A stretch of 64,000 nt of DNA from Mobula hypostoma (Eukaryota). The stretch lies in the NCBI RefSeq assembly GCF_963921235.1, contig NC_086114.1:43772001-43836000 (forward strand). Direction: 5' to 3'. Under the pieces are notes generated by a model. It did no database searches. It was not told the origin of the DNA and worked only from the letters and a program-made list of their open reading frames with translations. Positions 1-13,325 of the stretch are shown in pieces (positions within the stretch are counted from its first letter, which is position 1; the number at the start of each line of letters is the position of its first letter). The translations under genes and the position numbers were made by a program.

Positions 1-944
1 TCAGGGACCAAATTATCTGTCCCCTTTAAACTACTTAATGTGATGATTCTGTAAGTTTTTAATGTTGCAGATTTTTCTCTGCAGTGAATCACTTCTCATC
101 CTGGTTCTCTTTTATATAAAATCATAAGCAGGTTAAATACAAGTGACTTATCTCACCTAGTTTGTGTCAATATTACAGTTATTGAAGAGTTATTGGTCTT
201 CATATGTAAGGCAGAATGTAAGTGTGCTAGAGACTATTCAGTAAAGATTGGTGCTTGCAATAGGTGTATTGCCTATGAGCTCATATCTTAGAAGATTGAG
301 TGAGAACTTCAAATTTCAGATCTTGAGAGCCCTTGTGAGGGTGAATATGGACAAGATGTTCCACTTGAAGTAAAACTAACAGCAAGAGATCACTGTTTAA
401 AAATAAGGATTTGCTCATTGTTATATTTGTCAGTATACATGTTGAATGATAGTAACTGAATTTGAACTGCAACTTGAAGAAACCCTATGAATGTGTGCTT
501 AAAATCCAAAAGCATTACACCTTATTTCTTTAAGCTCCCAAATGATGCAAGATAAAATATGAGGACTTGTTAAAGTTGACCAGGATTGATTGATTGATTG
601 ATGCTCAACATGATTGATGGTATCACTTTTGTTTTAATTAACGAACTTAAGTATCAACATGTTTGTTTCATCTTTTCTATGTTACAAGGTGTCCTTAAGC
701 TAGGACTCTACCACTGAGTTGTAGCTAATTCAAGGTCTGAATGGAACTTCAAAGCATGACTATCAGCAGGTGAAGTCACTGTACCATGTCCACATTGATG
801 ACAACAGTGAAATATTTGGATTGATGAAAATCAACAACAGAAATAGATTTCCTGTCCAAACATGCTTCCTTGTTGGCTTGATCTAAAACAGCACCAGAAA
901 GTAGGAAACGCCAATAAATCATGGGAACGTTGGAACAGTCAAAT

Positions 945-1410
945 CAAGCTTATTGTCATATCCACAAGCACCTGTCTGCACACGTGCAACGATAAACTTA
1001 CTTGCAATAACATCTGATTCACATAACAACATAGGCATAAACATTCAGAAGAAAAACATAGATTGTACTAAGTTTTGTCATTAAACTCACAATTGGGACA
1101 AAAACAGATCTATTGCAGTGCAAGATAGGCAAAGTGGTCATAAGGTTGCTGTACTGAGGTACTAGTTAGAGTTGTGCAGGTTGGTTCTAGAACTGAATAC
1201 AAGCGTAGTTTAAGGGAAATAGCTATTCCTCAACCTGGTAGTGTGGTACTTGAGGCTTTTATCCTTCATTCCCAATCATAGCTGTGAGAAGATGGCACGG
1301 CCTGGATGTTGAGGATACATGATGGTTGATACTGTCTCCTGTAGATACTACCAATGGTGGGAAGGCTTGGTGCCCATCATTTATTGGGCTGAGTCCACTA
1401 TTCATTGGAG
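945..1410 (-). mobile_element. Rex1/Babar LINE 3' fragment
   Basis: gagaagatggcacggcctggatg is the antisense of HPGRAIFS. Approximate limits. Confidence 0.65.
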
Positions 1411-1529
1411 CTCTGTAGTCCCACCAAGTTGTCCATTATTCAAAGAAGCTTTGGTTGACCCATAACCTAACATAGCCACCTTTTTTTTCCATAGCCGTTA
1501 ATATATTATACTCCACCAAACATCTTTCC

Positions 1530-2110
1530 CCCCAGTGTTAAAATTGTCTTTTCCAAAACTACATGGCGTAGTTTTAAGATGAAAGGGAGAAATTTAAAAG
1601 GGGGTTGAAGAGCACCTTTTTCACATAGAAAGTAGTAGGTACAGTGATCAAGCTGCCAAAGGAAGGTGTAGAGATGAGTACAAATACAACATTTAAAAGT
1701 TATTTAGATGGATGCATGGATAGAAAAGGTTAGAGGGATATACCTAAAGACTAAAAGACTTATATAGAGTGGACACAGGTAGAATGTTTCCATTAGTTGG
1801 AGAGACTGGGATCCAAGGGCACAGCCTTAAAATAAAAGAATGTTCCATCAGAAGAAACATGAAGAGGAATTTCTTCAGCAAGATGATGGCGAATCAGTGA
1901 AATCTGTTTCCACAGAGAGCTGTGGAGGCCAAATTATTTCATATATTTAAAACAAAGATTGATAGGGATGGTGCAAAGGCAAAAGAATGGGATTGAGAAA
2001 CAGATCAGCCCTGGGTAAGTGGTCTATCTCTGGCCCTATATCATATGGTCTTATAGCTAAATGTAAGCAAATGGTTGAGTTGGGCCTAACTCCACGCTGT
2101 GCAACTCTAC
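1530..2110 (+). mobile_element. Two nested CR1 3'-end fragments
   Basis: Typical CR1 3' sequences (tttttcacatagaaagtagtagg; ttcttcagcaagatgatggcgaatcagtg). Approximate limits. Confidence 0.65.
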
Positions 2111-2641
2111 AAACCTATTACAATTGATCTAGCACACATTATACAACTCAACTTCCACAAGAGGAATGTAGCTGATGACAGGTATGTTTCCCACTGCTGG
2201 TTGGAGTTATAGACTATCATTTAACCTCATTTCATTGCCAACATATTATCCACTAAAATTTAGGTCACAAGTTAATCAATACTTTTAAACTGCAATTTAA
2301 TCTACTAAGCATTTAGGTGGTGAGTGTATTAACACATAATGAGAAGTATTAATCAGAACATATTTGCGTATATATCATTGGATAGCAGTGACTATGATTA
2401 AAAAATTGGATGTCAGAGAGAAATAAAGCAAATAACATCTTGGTTAGAAGCTGAAACAACAGAGGACTAAATGAGTATTTCATTTGGGAAGGTAGGGTGA
2501 ATTCCTTTCAAGGTAACTCATGGAAACTCTCTGTTCAAAAAAAAAATTAAGAGTAATGTAGAAACACAGGTGATTATATGAAAGGCTATTGCGTATAATG
2601 ACCTGGATTAGCTCCTTGAAAGTACCATGTTTTACATGATA

Positions 2642-3282
2642 TACAAAGAGTGGCCACTAAGTGTATATTCTGGGTCTTCTGCTATTGTAGTGCATTACTT
2701 CAAGTTTCAATGCATTATGCATTCAGAGATGCTTTTCTGCACATCACTGTTGTAACATGTGGTTATTTGAATACCAATCATGTGACAGCAACTCAATGCA
2801 TAAAAGCATGCAGACCTTGTCAAAAGATTCAATTGATGTTCAGACCAAATATCAGAATGGGGAAGAAATATGATCTAAGTGACTTTGACTGTGGAGTGAT
2901 TGTTGGTGCCAGACAGTGTGGTTTGAGTACCTCAGAAAGTGCTGATGTCCTGGGACTATCACGCACAACACTCTCTAGAGCTGTCAGAGAATGTGGGAAA
3001 AAAAAACAAAAGACATTTAGCGAGGGGCAGTTCTCTGGGCAAAAATGTCTTGTTACTGAGAGATCAAAGGAGAATGGTCACACTGGTTCAAGCTGATGGA
3101 AAGGCAACAGTAACTCAAATAACCACATGTTGCAACAGTGGTGTGTGGCAGAGCATCTCTGAATGGACAGCACATTGAATCTTTAAGTAGATGGGTTACA
3201 GCAGCAGAAGACTACAAACATAGACACACTGGCCATTTTTTTAGACACAGGAGGTACCTAGTAAATTGGCCACTAATAGTAT
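2642..3282 (+). mobile_element. Non-autonomous Tc1/mariner derivative with transposase N-terminal (HTH) remnant
   Basis: MGKKYDLSDFDCGVIVGARQCGLSTSESADVLGLSRTTLSR, then after a frameshift RRMVTLVQADGKATVTQITT. TIR-like ends agtggccact. Confidence 0.85.
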
Positions 3283-3563
3283 AGAATGTGTTTTATTTAC
3301 TGTAACCTACCCTTCTAAATATGGTCACGTTTAACTACAAGCACACTCTAATTGTTCCCCTACCTGGTTATCTATAATCACGTTTACTCAACTGTTTTCT
3401 GATCCAAAAAGACCCATAAAGAGACAGGTCATTAAGTTAATTAGCTATTTCCATCATAGGCATACTTGTGTCTCTAAATTGTACAGGACAGATTTGATGC
3501 ATAATATTTATCACTCCTAAAGCTTTCTCAATTTATAGTCGTGTTTGATAGTACAATGAATTT

Positions 3564-4170
3564 CCATTCCCTATTCTGACATGTCGATCTATGGCCTCCT
3601 CTACTGCCATGATGATGCCACTCTCTTGTTGGAGGAGCAAAACCTCATATTCCATTTGGGTAACCATCAGCCTGAAGGCATGAACATCGATTTCTTTAAC
3701 TTCTGGTAATTTTCCTCCTCCCCATATCTCTTTTTCCATTCCTAACTCTGACTCCCCTCTCACCTCTTCTCTTCTCTTCAACTGCTATCACTTCCCACAA
3801 ATGCCCTTCCTCCTTTCCTTTCTCCCATGATCCAATTTCCTCTTCTATCAGATTCTTTCTTCTTCAGCCCTTTACCTTTTCCACCTATCACCTCTCGGTT
3901 TCCCACTTCATCCTCCCCATCCTCCTCCCCCACCAGTCCACCATCTGCCTCACCTGACCACACCTGTCACCTGACAGACTGTACTCCTTCTCTTCCCTCC
4001 ACCATTTATTCTGGCTTCCTCCCCCTTCCTTTCCAATCCCGATGAAGGGTGTTGACCCGAAACATCGACTCTTAGTTCTTTCTATAGAGGCTACCTGACC
4101 TAATGAGCTCCTCCGGCATTTTGTATGTGTTACTCTGAATTTCCAGCGTCTACAGAATCTCTTGTGTTTA
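3564..4170 (+). mobile_element. Penelope-like element, 5'-truncated (GIY-YIG C-terminus, 3'UTR, hammerhead-containing terminus)
   Basis: 3581-3709 translates MSIYGLLYCHDDATLLLEEQNLIFHLGNHQPEGMNIDFFNFW*, matching the PLE endonuclease end motif E..LIF.LG...P.G.N..F. Then a pyrimidine-rich UTR, a hammerhead relic at 4039-4067, and a tail ending ctcttgtgttta. Possible degraded TSD tacaatgaattt (3552) / tacagcgaattt (4169). Confidence 0.85.
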
Positions 4171-4679
4171 CAGCGAATTTATTTTGATTTTGACGCTTAA
4201 CAAAAACTCAAGCAAGCTATTTGAAGCAAAGTTACAAGAGTAAGGTAGTGAGATTCTGCGAATGATTCTTGCATTCCCGGTAGAGAGATATCTCCCTCTT
4301 ACAATTTTCTACAGATCTATTTTGCTTTCACATTCTGTCCACTGCATCAACAACAAGATATCTTCACATTTATCCCACCAATTCCCTTTATCACCCGAGA
4401 AAATGGTGTGACATCCCCCTTCATTATTTACGGTCTGCGTTATCTGCTCTCAATATGAGTTTGTACCGTAGCTTGTTTTATCTGTCAGCACTTTCAAGTT
4501 ACATTGATTTAAAAAACATACAACATGGCAAGTAAAGGAATAAAAGGACAAGAAAAGGCTACTTGGCCTTATAAGCTTGCTTCGCCATTCAGTTAGACTC
4601 AGGCTGATTAGAATCTAAAATCCATCCACCTTCTTTCTGTGCAATATAATATAATTTATACAGAAATGTCACAGAAATT

Positions 4680-5240
4680 TGGAGGGGTGACCTTGTAGAA
4701 GTGTATAAAATCATGCAGGGCATATACAGGATTAATGAACGCAGTTTTTTTCTCAGGGAAACGGAACTAAAAACTAGAGGGCATCGGTTTAAAGTGAAAG
4801 GTAAAAGACTTAAAAAGGACATGAGGGCAATGATACAAGAGCACAGCAGTGAAATTTTGTGAATGGTGGTGTGTATATGAAATAAGCTGCTTGAGGAAGT
4901 AGTTGAAGCAGGTATGATTACAACGTTCAAAAGACAAATGGAAAGTTACAAGCAACACACATCAAAGTTGCTGGTGAACGCAGCAGGCCAGGCAGCATCC
5001 CTAGGAAGAGGTACCTCTTCCTAGAGATGCTGCCTGGCCTGCTGCGTTCACCAGCAACTTTGATGTGTGTTGTTTGAATTTCCAGCATCTGCAGAATTCC
5101 TGTTGTTTGGAAAGTTACAAGGAGTTTTGAAGGATATGGGCCAAGCATGGACAAATGAGATCAGCTTGATGCACACTTTGGTCAGCATGGACAAGTTTGG
5201 GCAAAGAGCCTGTTTTCCTGCAATAATACTCTATGACTCT
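4680..5240 (+). mobile_element. CR1 3' fragment hosting the PLE hairpin
   Basis: gaggggtgaccttgtagaagtgtataaaatcatg (RGDLVEVYKIM) and actagagggcat (TRGH). Confidence 0.8.
4953..5109 (+). mobile_element. Young Penelope-terminus fold-back insertion (60-bp arms, no loop, plus tail)
   Basis: 4953-5012 and 5013-5072 are reverse complements with 1 mismatch. Tail at 5073-5109. TSD tggaaagttacaag at 4939-4952 and 5108-5121. Interrupts a CR1 fragment. Confidence 0.9.
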
Positions 5241-6674
5241 AACCAGACAGATCATTTATAGAGCAAATGTTGGTGAACAGGCAAAACAAGCTCACTAATA
5301 TCATTCAAGAAATGATATTTGATGTTCCCATTCAGTCTGACTAAATAATGGGTTGACCCTGAACTACCCCAACAGTTCACACAGTTCAATGCATAATAAG
5401 TCCTGGAATTGCCAGTGGCATCCACATGCTGCAAAAGAAGAAGAACTTGGGTGTATGTTGGTTCTATATTCTTTGTCAGGTAAATGGTATACAGATTGTT
5501 TTGTCCTTTGATTTAAAAAAAATACTTGTCTTTCTATCATTCCTTTCAAGTCATCAAGTCCAACTCTTTGAAATGTAGTTCTAATTTTGGAAACACAGCA
5601 GGCAAACTTCAGTCACAGTCTCCCTAAAGAATGGAATAGATAAAGAACAGTTTATTTCTGTATTGAATATCACCCAGGAATATTGGGAACATCCTATAAT
5701 AAGAAAGATGAAAGATGCTATAGAGATGCATTTAATACAGTGACTTCATTGTTTAAAGGGCTGGAGAGGGTAGATTTGGAGTGCGTTTCCAGGCAGGGAT
5801 CAGAATCTCAAAATAAAGGGTCAGCTATTCCAGACAGAAGAGAGAAAATTTCTTCACTCAGAGGGCAGTGCATCTCTAGGTTGCTTGCTCAGCTCAGAAG
5901 CTCATTTGCTGATGATCTTCTGGACAAAAATTGATAGGATTTAGATATTCCTGGGAATTCAGTGATTTTTTAAATTGGTAATTCGGTTTATTATTATTGC
6001 ACGCTCCAAAGTACATTGAAAAACTTTGTTTTGCATGCCATTTTCACTTGCATGTACTTCTGGTAAGATGGTGGTGCATTTGGACCAGCAACTTCTACGG
6101 GGCCAGCCAAAGATGCTATTGTCTTTTTTAAGCATATTTGTTACAATCAAAAGATCCTGCTGGATGTTAGGAACGTAAAGTTCTGCAGGTCTATCCTATT
6201 AATCAGCGAGCTGCTCACTGGCAGAGAAACTGAAGGAGCTGGACTTGGTGTGGATAGTGCTGCTTCCAGTATCAGAGGGGCATCGGTGCACAAAGGCATT
6301 GTGCAGTCTAACAGTGAGTGATTGTCTTAGTCTCTTTCTTGTTGATCACAAGATCCTGTTGGATATTGGTAATTTGGAACACTGCAAATCTGATTGACTG
6401 CTCAATTGGTGAATGGCAGGGGTGGAGGGCAGGAGAGCTGCGTGACCTTGGTCATAGTGAGGACTAGGCCTCAAACCGCAGTGTCACCTGTTTGCAGCCG
6501 TCCAGGAGAGACGTCAGGGTTGATGCACTCTACCAGAGTGCTGGAGGTGGTGTGGTGTGGCGTCCATGATTGTCATCTTGTACTTTGACCACAGAGTAAT
6601 ACTGTTTCATTTGGCTGCATTCATATGTATTCATGTATGGTTGAATAACAATTAAACTTGAACTCGATACAGTA

Positions 6675-7115
6675 AACTTGCTTACAACAGTGTAATGAGG
6701 TAGTACAAGGAAAAGAAATAATGGAATGCAGAATATAGTGTTACAGCTACGGAGAAAGTCCAGTGCAGTCAGACAATATGGTGCAAAACCATAATGAGGT
6801 AGATGGTGAGGTCAAGAATCCATCTTATCATAATAAGCAGTTGCTCAATAGCCTTATTGGAGAGAATGTTGGAGAAAATCTGCCCTTGACCCTGATGGTA
6901 CATACTTTCAGGTTTTGTATCTTCTGGGAGATGGGAGATGTCTGGTGTCGGATGAGTATTTGATAATGTTGGCTGCTTTACCAAGGCAGTAAGAAGTGTA
7001 GATGGAGTCCATTGAGAGGAGGCTGGTTTCTGTGATGTGCTAAGTTGTGTTCACAAATGACTGCAGTTTCTTGCGGTCTCAGATGGAGCAGTTGCTATAC
7101 CAAGGAGAGACACAT
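6675..7115 (-). mobile_element. Rex1/Babar LINE 3' fragment
   Basis: Similar to the 54690-55300 copy. Approximate limits. Confidence 0.6.
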
Positions 7116-8829
7116 CCGAATAGGTATTGTTCACCCAGTAAGGCACCAATTGAGCAAGGAAAGCTATCTCATGGTGGAGTAATACCCATTGTGAACAACC
7201 TCAGTCAGTGTATCATTGGGACAGTGATATGACATTTTAGGAAGAGGGTATATCTAGGGTTGCATGTCTTTGATGAGGTTGGTTCTTTACCAAGTGTAGA
7301 GAGAGTCCTGAACTAAAAGAGGTAATTGAATGGTAGAACACGTACTCCTATTTCTTTTTTATTTATGTTTGTGCTGAGGTACACTCAGTACAGTATGTGG
7401 CCGAGAAAAGGCAATAGAGTGCATCAAATTTATACATCCACCTACAGAGGCAGATGGGCCTTGATTTAATGCAATTCCTGTGTGTCCTCTTCTCTACACC
7501 TTTACTTTTGTTCTTAAATCTCTGAACGTTAACTCAGAACCTCTGACTAGGAGCTGAGAAAGCTACTTATTGAGCTATAGTTCACAAACTGAGCCACTAA
7601 AGTGTTCTTCTCACTAACCTTGATGCATTCACTTTGGCTGTTGGCTACATAAATGAAGGACAAGAAATATGAAGACAAAGTAAGCATTTTGAATTTGCTC
7701 TTTCATTCACACCTTCATCAATTTATCTCCACGATATTCCCTGTTTAATATCCTGTTTCTTGCTTCAAGCTGGAATGGTGAGAATGAGATCCTCTTCAAT
7801 TCCTGTTAAACATTTATGACATTAGTAGGAGGTGACCACTTCCCTTTTGAGAGCGTTCCCTTGAAGCTGTTCCTTGCAATTCACTTGTTCTCCACAGCCA
7901 AGGAGAAAAGTGTAATCTCAAAAGAAAGCACCCTTGTGCATATTGCCAAATTACGAACTTTTAATAAATCATTATAGACTAAGTAATAAATAATATATTA
8001 AAACTTTAATGGAATTCATATATACACTTGAAAGAACTCCCACCTTCTGTGATTAGATTATTTCACACTGTATGTAAATGAACTGTTACAAGGGATGGTA
8101 GACTGTACTTGCTCTCAGTTTTATTTTATATTTATTGCATTTATAAAAATCCAATTCTCTTGACTTCATACTGTTTTATTAATATTTATTTTGCTCTTGA
8201 TTTAAGTCTTTTTTTCCCATTGTTAAGTTTCTATTTTCCTACTCTGAGCTGAATGTTCCTCCATATTATTCCCTTTAATGGTGACTGGGGCTTAAAATAA
8301 AACATGCATTGTATCAGCTTTAAGTTAATTGTGGGACTTCTGCATCTTTCCAAGCAGGAAGATCCACACTTATGCATTGATTAGTTGATTAGAATTAATT
8401 CAAAATAAGGATTGGGTAAAAGGTTCTAATCTCTGGAGCTTCTGTGTAGATTAACATGTTGTAAATCATACAGCAAAGAAACATGAGGAAGTAGGGGTAT
8501 GAGTGCAATACCAGGCCCTTTAAACCTGTCCCACAGTCCGATGTAATCATGCATGATCAAACCCAGGCCAGTTCCCCACAGCTTTTAATTCCTCGATTTT
8601 CCAAATATCTGTCTATTTCCACCTTATGGAGCACTTAATCACTCTGGGGCTGTTCTTGTTGGAGATTAGAAGAATGAGAGAATCTCATTGAAACCTACCA
8701 AATATTGTGGAGAGGATGCTTCTAATAGTGGGAGAGTCTAATGGGATGGAGAGGGAAAATAAGTCGCTAACATCGAATGGCAGAACAAATTCATGTGTAG
8801 AATGACCCAATGCTGCTCGCATGTCGTAT

Positions 8830-9310
8830 GAGCATGGAGCAGTACAGCACAAGAACAGGTTCTACATCCCATAATGCCTGCATTGATGCAGAATTCAATT
8901 CAATCTTTTCTGCCTGTATATGATCTATATCACTCCGTTCTCTGCATATTCATGTGCCCATATAACAGCCACTTGAACACCACTTGCGTAACGACTTCCT
9001 CCACAACCCCTGGCAGCCATTTTCAGGCACTTACACTCTCTGTGTGGAAAAAAAAAGAACTTGATTCACTCATCTCCTTTAAACCTTCCCCCCTCACCTT
9101 AAATGGATATCCTCTAGTATTTATTCTAGGAAAAAGATTCTAACTGTCTACCCACTACATGCCTCTTGTAATTTTTTACACTTTCATCAGGACTCCCCTC
9201 AGACTCTCAAATTCCAGAGAAGACAACTCATTCTTGTCCACATTCTCCCAATAGCTCAGAGCCTCCAATCCAGATAATATAGTTCTAATAATTTCATCTC
9301 CTTCACCCTC
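8830..9310 (-). mobile_element. CR1 3' fragment
   Basis: Antisense CR1 end (ccacaacccctggcagccattttcaggcac...ctctgtgtggaaaaa). Confidence 0.7.
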
Positions 9311-10169
9311 TGGGGCAAAGAATTCCAGAGATCCATTAGTCTTTTGCACACCATGACCATGCTGAATTTGTACTATCCATTCTCATCCCATTTCCCTGCA
9401 ACTGGTCCACAACCTATTAATCCTGAGTGATTCAAGTGCTCTCTTCATTTTGTCTCTTACCAAAATGCAAAATACTTACAGATAAGTGACCATGACTTCA
9501 AATGCAACTTATCATGAGGAATGAACTAACTCATGATTCTCCTAGATAGTCCCAAGATTCTGAACTCAGCTTATAAGAAAATTATAATAAACACCAAGAG
9601 TATTTCAAGCTCTAATGAAGATTGTTTAATCATCAACTAATTCAGGTGACTTACCATCAAGTATTAGTCATTTGGGATTCTGATGTTATCGCTTTTATCT
9701 CCAATGTATTCTGCTGCTTCTGAAGATTTAAAAAACTACAGCCCCTGCACAGCCTATTAAAGCAAATCTACTTTTTGCTGCATATTCATTTCTAATATCA
9801 TTGTTAATTGATTTTGCTTTTCCCAAATTTGAATCTTTGGAGGAATGGGATCTTTCACTTCCAAAGCAAAATGCTGCAGATGCAGGCAGTCTGAAATTTA
9901 AAAGAAAAACAAAATGCTCCATCATTACGTTATTGGAGATGTGTTCTTCCAAGAGATTCCAATGATTTTTGGGAGGCTTTGTAGGAGGAAGTTGCTTGAT
10001 ATGCAGAAACCTTTCAATGTTGATGTCAGCCAGTACACTGCACAACGGACATCAGGATTGAAGAATTCACGGAAAAATCTTTCACAAGATGGTTTTTAGT
10101 CCTTTCAGAGTCTCACTCCTCCCTATTTCTTTGATCTCCTGCAGTCAAATAACAAAGATAGAAATAAAG

Positions 10170-10970
10170 AGGACTAGGAGCAGGAGCAGATTATTTGTCC
10201 CTTCATGACTGCTTCATGATTCAATGTAATTATAGCAAATCTTCCAACTCAACATCCTGCTTTCTCCCCATACCCCGTGATGCTTTTAATGTCTAGTAAT
10301 CTATCTCTTAAATATACTCAGCAGTTTGGCTTCTATGGTAGTGAGTTCCACACATTCACTACTCTAAGTGAAGAGATCTATCTTCATTTCAGTCCTAAAT
10401 ATTTCACTTCATATTCATTGTACCCAGGCTCTTGAATGTTCCTTACAAACCACCACTTCCAGCTGAGAAAGTATCCTCCCCACATCCAGCCTATTGAACT
10501 ATTTCAGAATTTTGTGTGCTTCAATGAGTTGTCATTCTTCTAAAGTTGCCTGAATACAGGCCCAGTCAGTCCAATCTCTCTGTTGTAAGGATCCGTCTTG
10601 TGAATTTTTGTTGCACTCCCTCAGTGGTAATTATATTACTCCTTAGGTAAGTAGACCAAATACTCCATTTGTTGTCTCATTAAGGCCCGGTGAATTTGTA
10701 GAAACACATCCTTGTTCTTCTCAAAGCAACCTGCAATGAAGTTCAGCACATTGTTTATCTGCTTAATTGCTTGCCTCACCCGCATATTTCCTTTCAGTCA
10801 CAGAAGCTCAAGGACACACAAATCCCTTTGTATATCAACATCACCCAATCTCACCATTTAAATAATGTTCTGCCTTTCTGTCTTTCTATCCAAGTGATTA
10901 ACTTCCCATTAATCCTTGTTATACTGCATCTACCATATATTGGATCACTCATTTGACTTGTCTAAATTGC
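10170..10970 (-). mobile_element. Old CR1 fragment
   Basis: Antisense CR1 3' region (gagttccacacattcactactct). Approximate limits. Confidence 0.6.
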
Positions 10971-11073
10971 CTTAAAGTCTCTTTGCATCCACCTTTGGAA
11001 TCTAACTCATTTCATGTTGGTGTAAAATGTAATATTTTGTTTCCTCATCCAGATCATTGCTATATATACTCAG

Positions 11074-11581
11074 CAACACACATAAAAGTTGCTGGTGAAC
11101 GCAGCAGGCCAGGCAGCATCTCTAGGAAAAAGTACAGTTGACGTTTCGGGCCGAGACCCTTTGTCAGGACTAACTGAAAGAAGAGCTAGTAAGAGATTTG
11201 AAAGTGGGAGCCGGAGGGGGAGATCCAAAATGATAGGAGAAGACAGGAGGGGAAGGGATGGAGCCAAGAGCTGGACAGGTGATTGGCAAAAGGGATATGA
11301 GAGGATCATGGGATAGGAGGCCGAGGGAGAAAGAAAAGGGGGAGGGGGGGAAACAGAGGATGGGCAAGGAGTATAGCGAGGGGGACAGAGGGAGAAAAAG
11401 GAGAGAGAGAAAAAGAATGTGTGTATATAAATAAATAATGGATGGGGTATGAGGGGGAGGTGGGGCATTAGCGGAAGTTAGAGAAGTCAATGTTCATGCC
11501 ATCAGGTTGGAGGCTACCCAGACGGAATATCAGGTGTTGTTCCTCCAACCTGATTGTGGCTTCATCTTGACAGTAGAGGAG
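11074..11581 (-). mobile_element. Young Penelope-like element, 5'-truncated and tailless
   Basis: Minus strand about 11581-11468 reads LLYCQDEATIRLEEQHLIFRLGSLQPDGMNIDFSNFR*. Hammerhead-like core at 11143-11167. TSD tatatatactcag at 11061-11073 and 11582-11594. Confidence 0.9.
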
Positions 11582-11587
11582 TATATA

Positions 11588-12141
11588 TACTCAGTAGCTA
11601 CTTTATTAAGTACTCCTGTACACCTTATGCAAATATTTAATCATCCAATCATGTGGCAGCAACTCAATGCATTCAGACATGGTCAAGAGCTTCAGTTGTT
11701 GTTTGGATCAAACATCAGAATGAGGAAGAAATGTGATCTAAGTGACTTTAACCGTGGAATGATTACTGGTGCCGGGCTGAGTGATTTGAGTATCTCAGAA
11801 ACTGCGGATCTCCTTTTTCACACTTAACAACCCCTAGACTTAACAGAGAATGGTGAAAAAAAACAAAACTGACACCCACTGAGCAGCAGTTATGTGGACG
11901 AAAGAGCCTTGTAAATGAGAGAGATCAGAGGAGAATGACCAGACTGGTTCCAGCTGATAGGCAGGCAATAATAACTCAATAACCATGCGTTACCACAGTG
12001 GTGTGCAGAGGAGCATCTCCGAAAACAAAGCATGTTGAACATTGAAGTGGATGGGCTACAGCAACAGAAGATCATGAACATACCCTCAGAGGCCACTCTG
12101 TTAGGTAAAGGAGGTATCTAATGAAGTGGCCACTGAGTGTA
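11588..12141 (+). mobile_element. Tc1 derivative, same family
   Basis: TIRs tactcagtagctactttatta and taatgaagtggccactgagtgta; encodes MRKKCDLSDFNRGMITGA. Confidence 0.85.
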
Positions 12142-12814
12142 TTGTGAATTGCTGTCATCTAAGCACTGATCCCTGCAGATAAAATTAGTTGCCACCTGCT
12201 GCCATGGAAAAGACCCACTCAAGCCTCCTGTCAATTGCCTTTATATCAAGCAATTTTCATTCCACACATTCTCACACATCCATGTCTTGCTCTAATTACC
12301 CTTTACGTTCCCCTGATCAGTTAATATTAAATTACCAATAACCAATCTTATTGCAAACTTTGTATTGAGACAAAATTGTGACTCAACCTATAAGCCTTAT
12401 CTCTCCTTACACCACAAATTTCCATTCATCAAATCACATCCACACCAAGATAACCTTTTTGGCTTCTGCAGAACAGGCACCGGGATCTGGAGATAAAGAA
12501 TTAGAATCATTTTCTACACTTCCAGAAAACAAGACACATTAAATCAAAGAAAAATTACATTTATATACTAACTTTCATCCTCTCAGTCATCCTTATTCAC
12601 ATGTAGAAACCAGGAATGCTAATGACCAGCTTAAGCAAACAGCTGTTACTTAAGGGTTGATTATTGGCTGAAATTCCAAAGAGAACTACCCTGCCCTTCT
12701 CCAATAGTCCCTTGGGATCTTTTGCATTCAAGTGAGTGGGAAACTTCAGCATGAAGACACAGAAGACTGAAGATACTGACATCTGGAGCAATGTAACAAT
12801 CTGCTGAAGAAGCT

Positions 12815-13325
12815 CCACACTCAAAGTGCTCGAAGAACTCAGCAAGTTAGAGCAGATCTTGGAGGAGAATGAACAGTCTGGGACCCTTCATCAGAACAGG
12901 AATGGAAGTGGGATAGAAGCCAGAATAAGAAGGTAGAGTGGGGTGGGGGAGAGGAATGTAAACTGGCAAGTGATAGGTGAAAATCAGATGAGGGGGAAGG
13001 TGGATATGTGAAGCTGGGAGGTGATAGGTGAAAGACTTATAGGGCTGAAGAAGAAAGAATCTGATGGGAGTGGACCATGGAAGAAAGGGAAGAAGGTGAG
13101 GCAACAAAGGGATGTGATGAGAAGAGAAAAGGTGATAGGGTAACCAGAATGGGGAATGGATAAGGAGAGAAGGTGAAGGGGGGAGTAATTACTGGAAGTT
13201 AAAGAAATTGATGTTCATGTCATCAGATTAGAGGCTCACCAGACAGAATATGAAGAGTTGCTCCTCAGTCCTCAGTGTGACTTTACCGTGGCAATAGAGG
13301 AGGCCATGGATTGACATGTCGAATT
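12815..13325 (-). mobile_element. Older Penelope-like element fragment
   Basis: Purine-rich UTR on the + strand, GIY-YIG end at about 13190-13320 (aaattgatgttcatgtcatcag...), and CTGATGAAGGGTC relic at about 12882-12894 with GAAAC lost. Boundaries approximate. Confidence 0.8.

Noticed and set aside
4953-5072. Hairpins as canonical miRNA genes, terminators or DNA-transposon MITEs
   Set aside because: The arms are PLE terminus sequence, contiguous with GIY-YIG coding sequence at 11074-11581. The TSDs are 13-14 bp and the ends are asymmetric.
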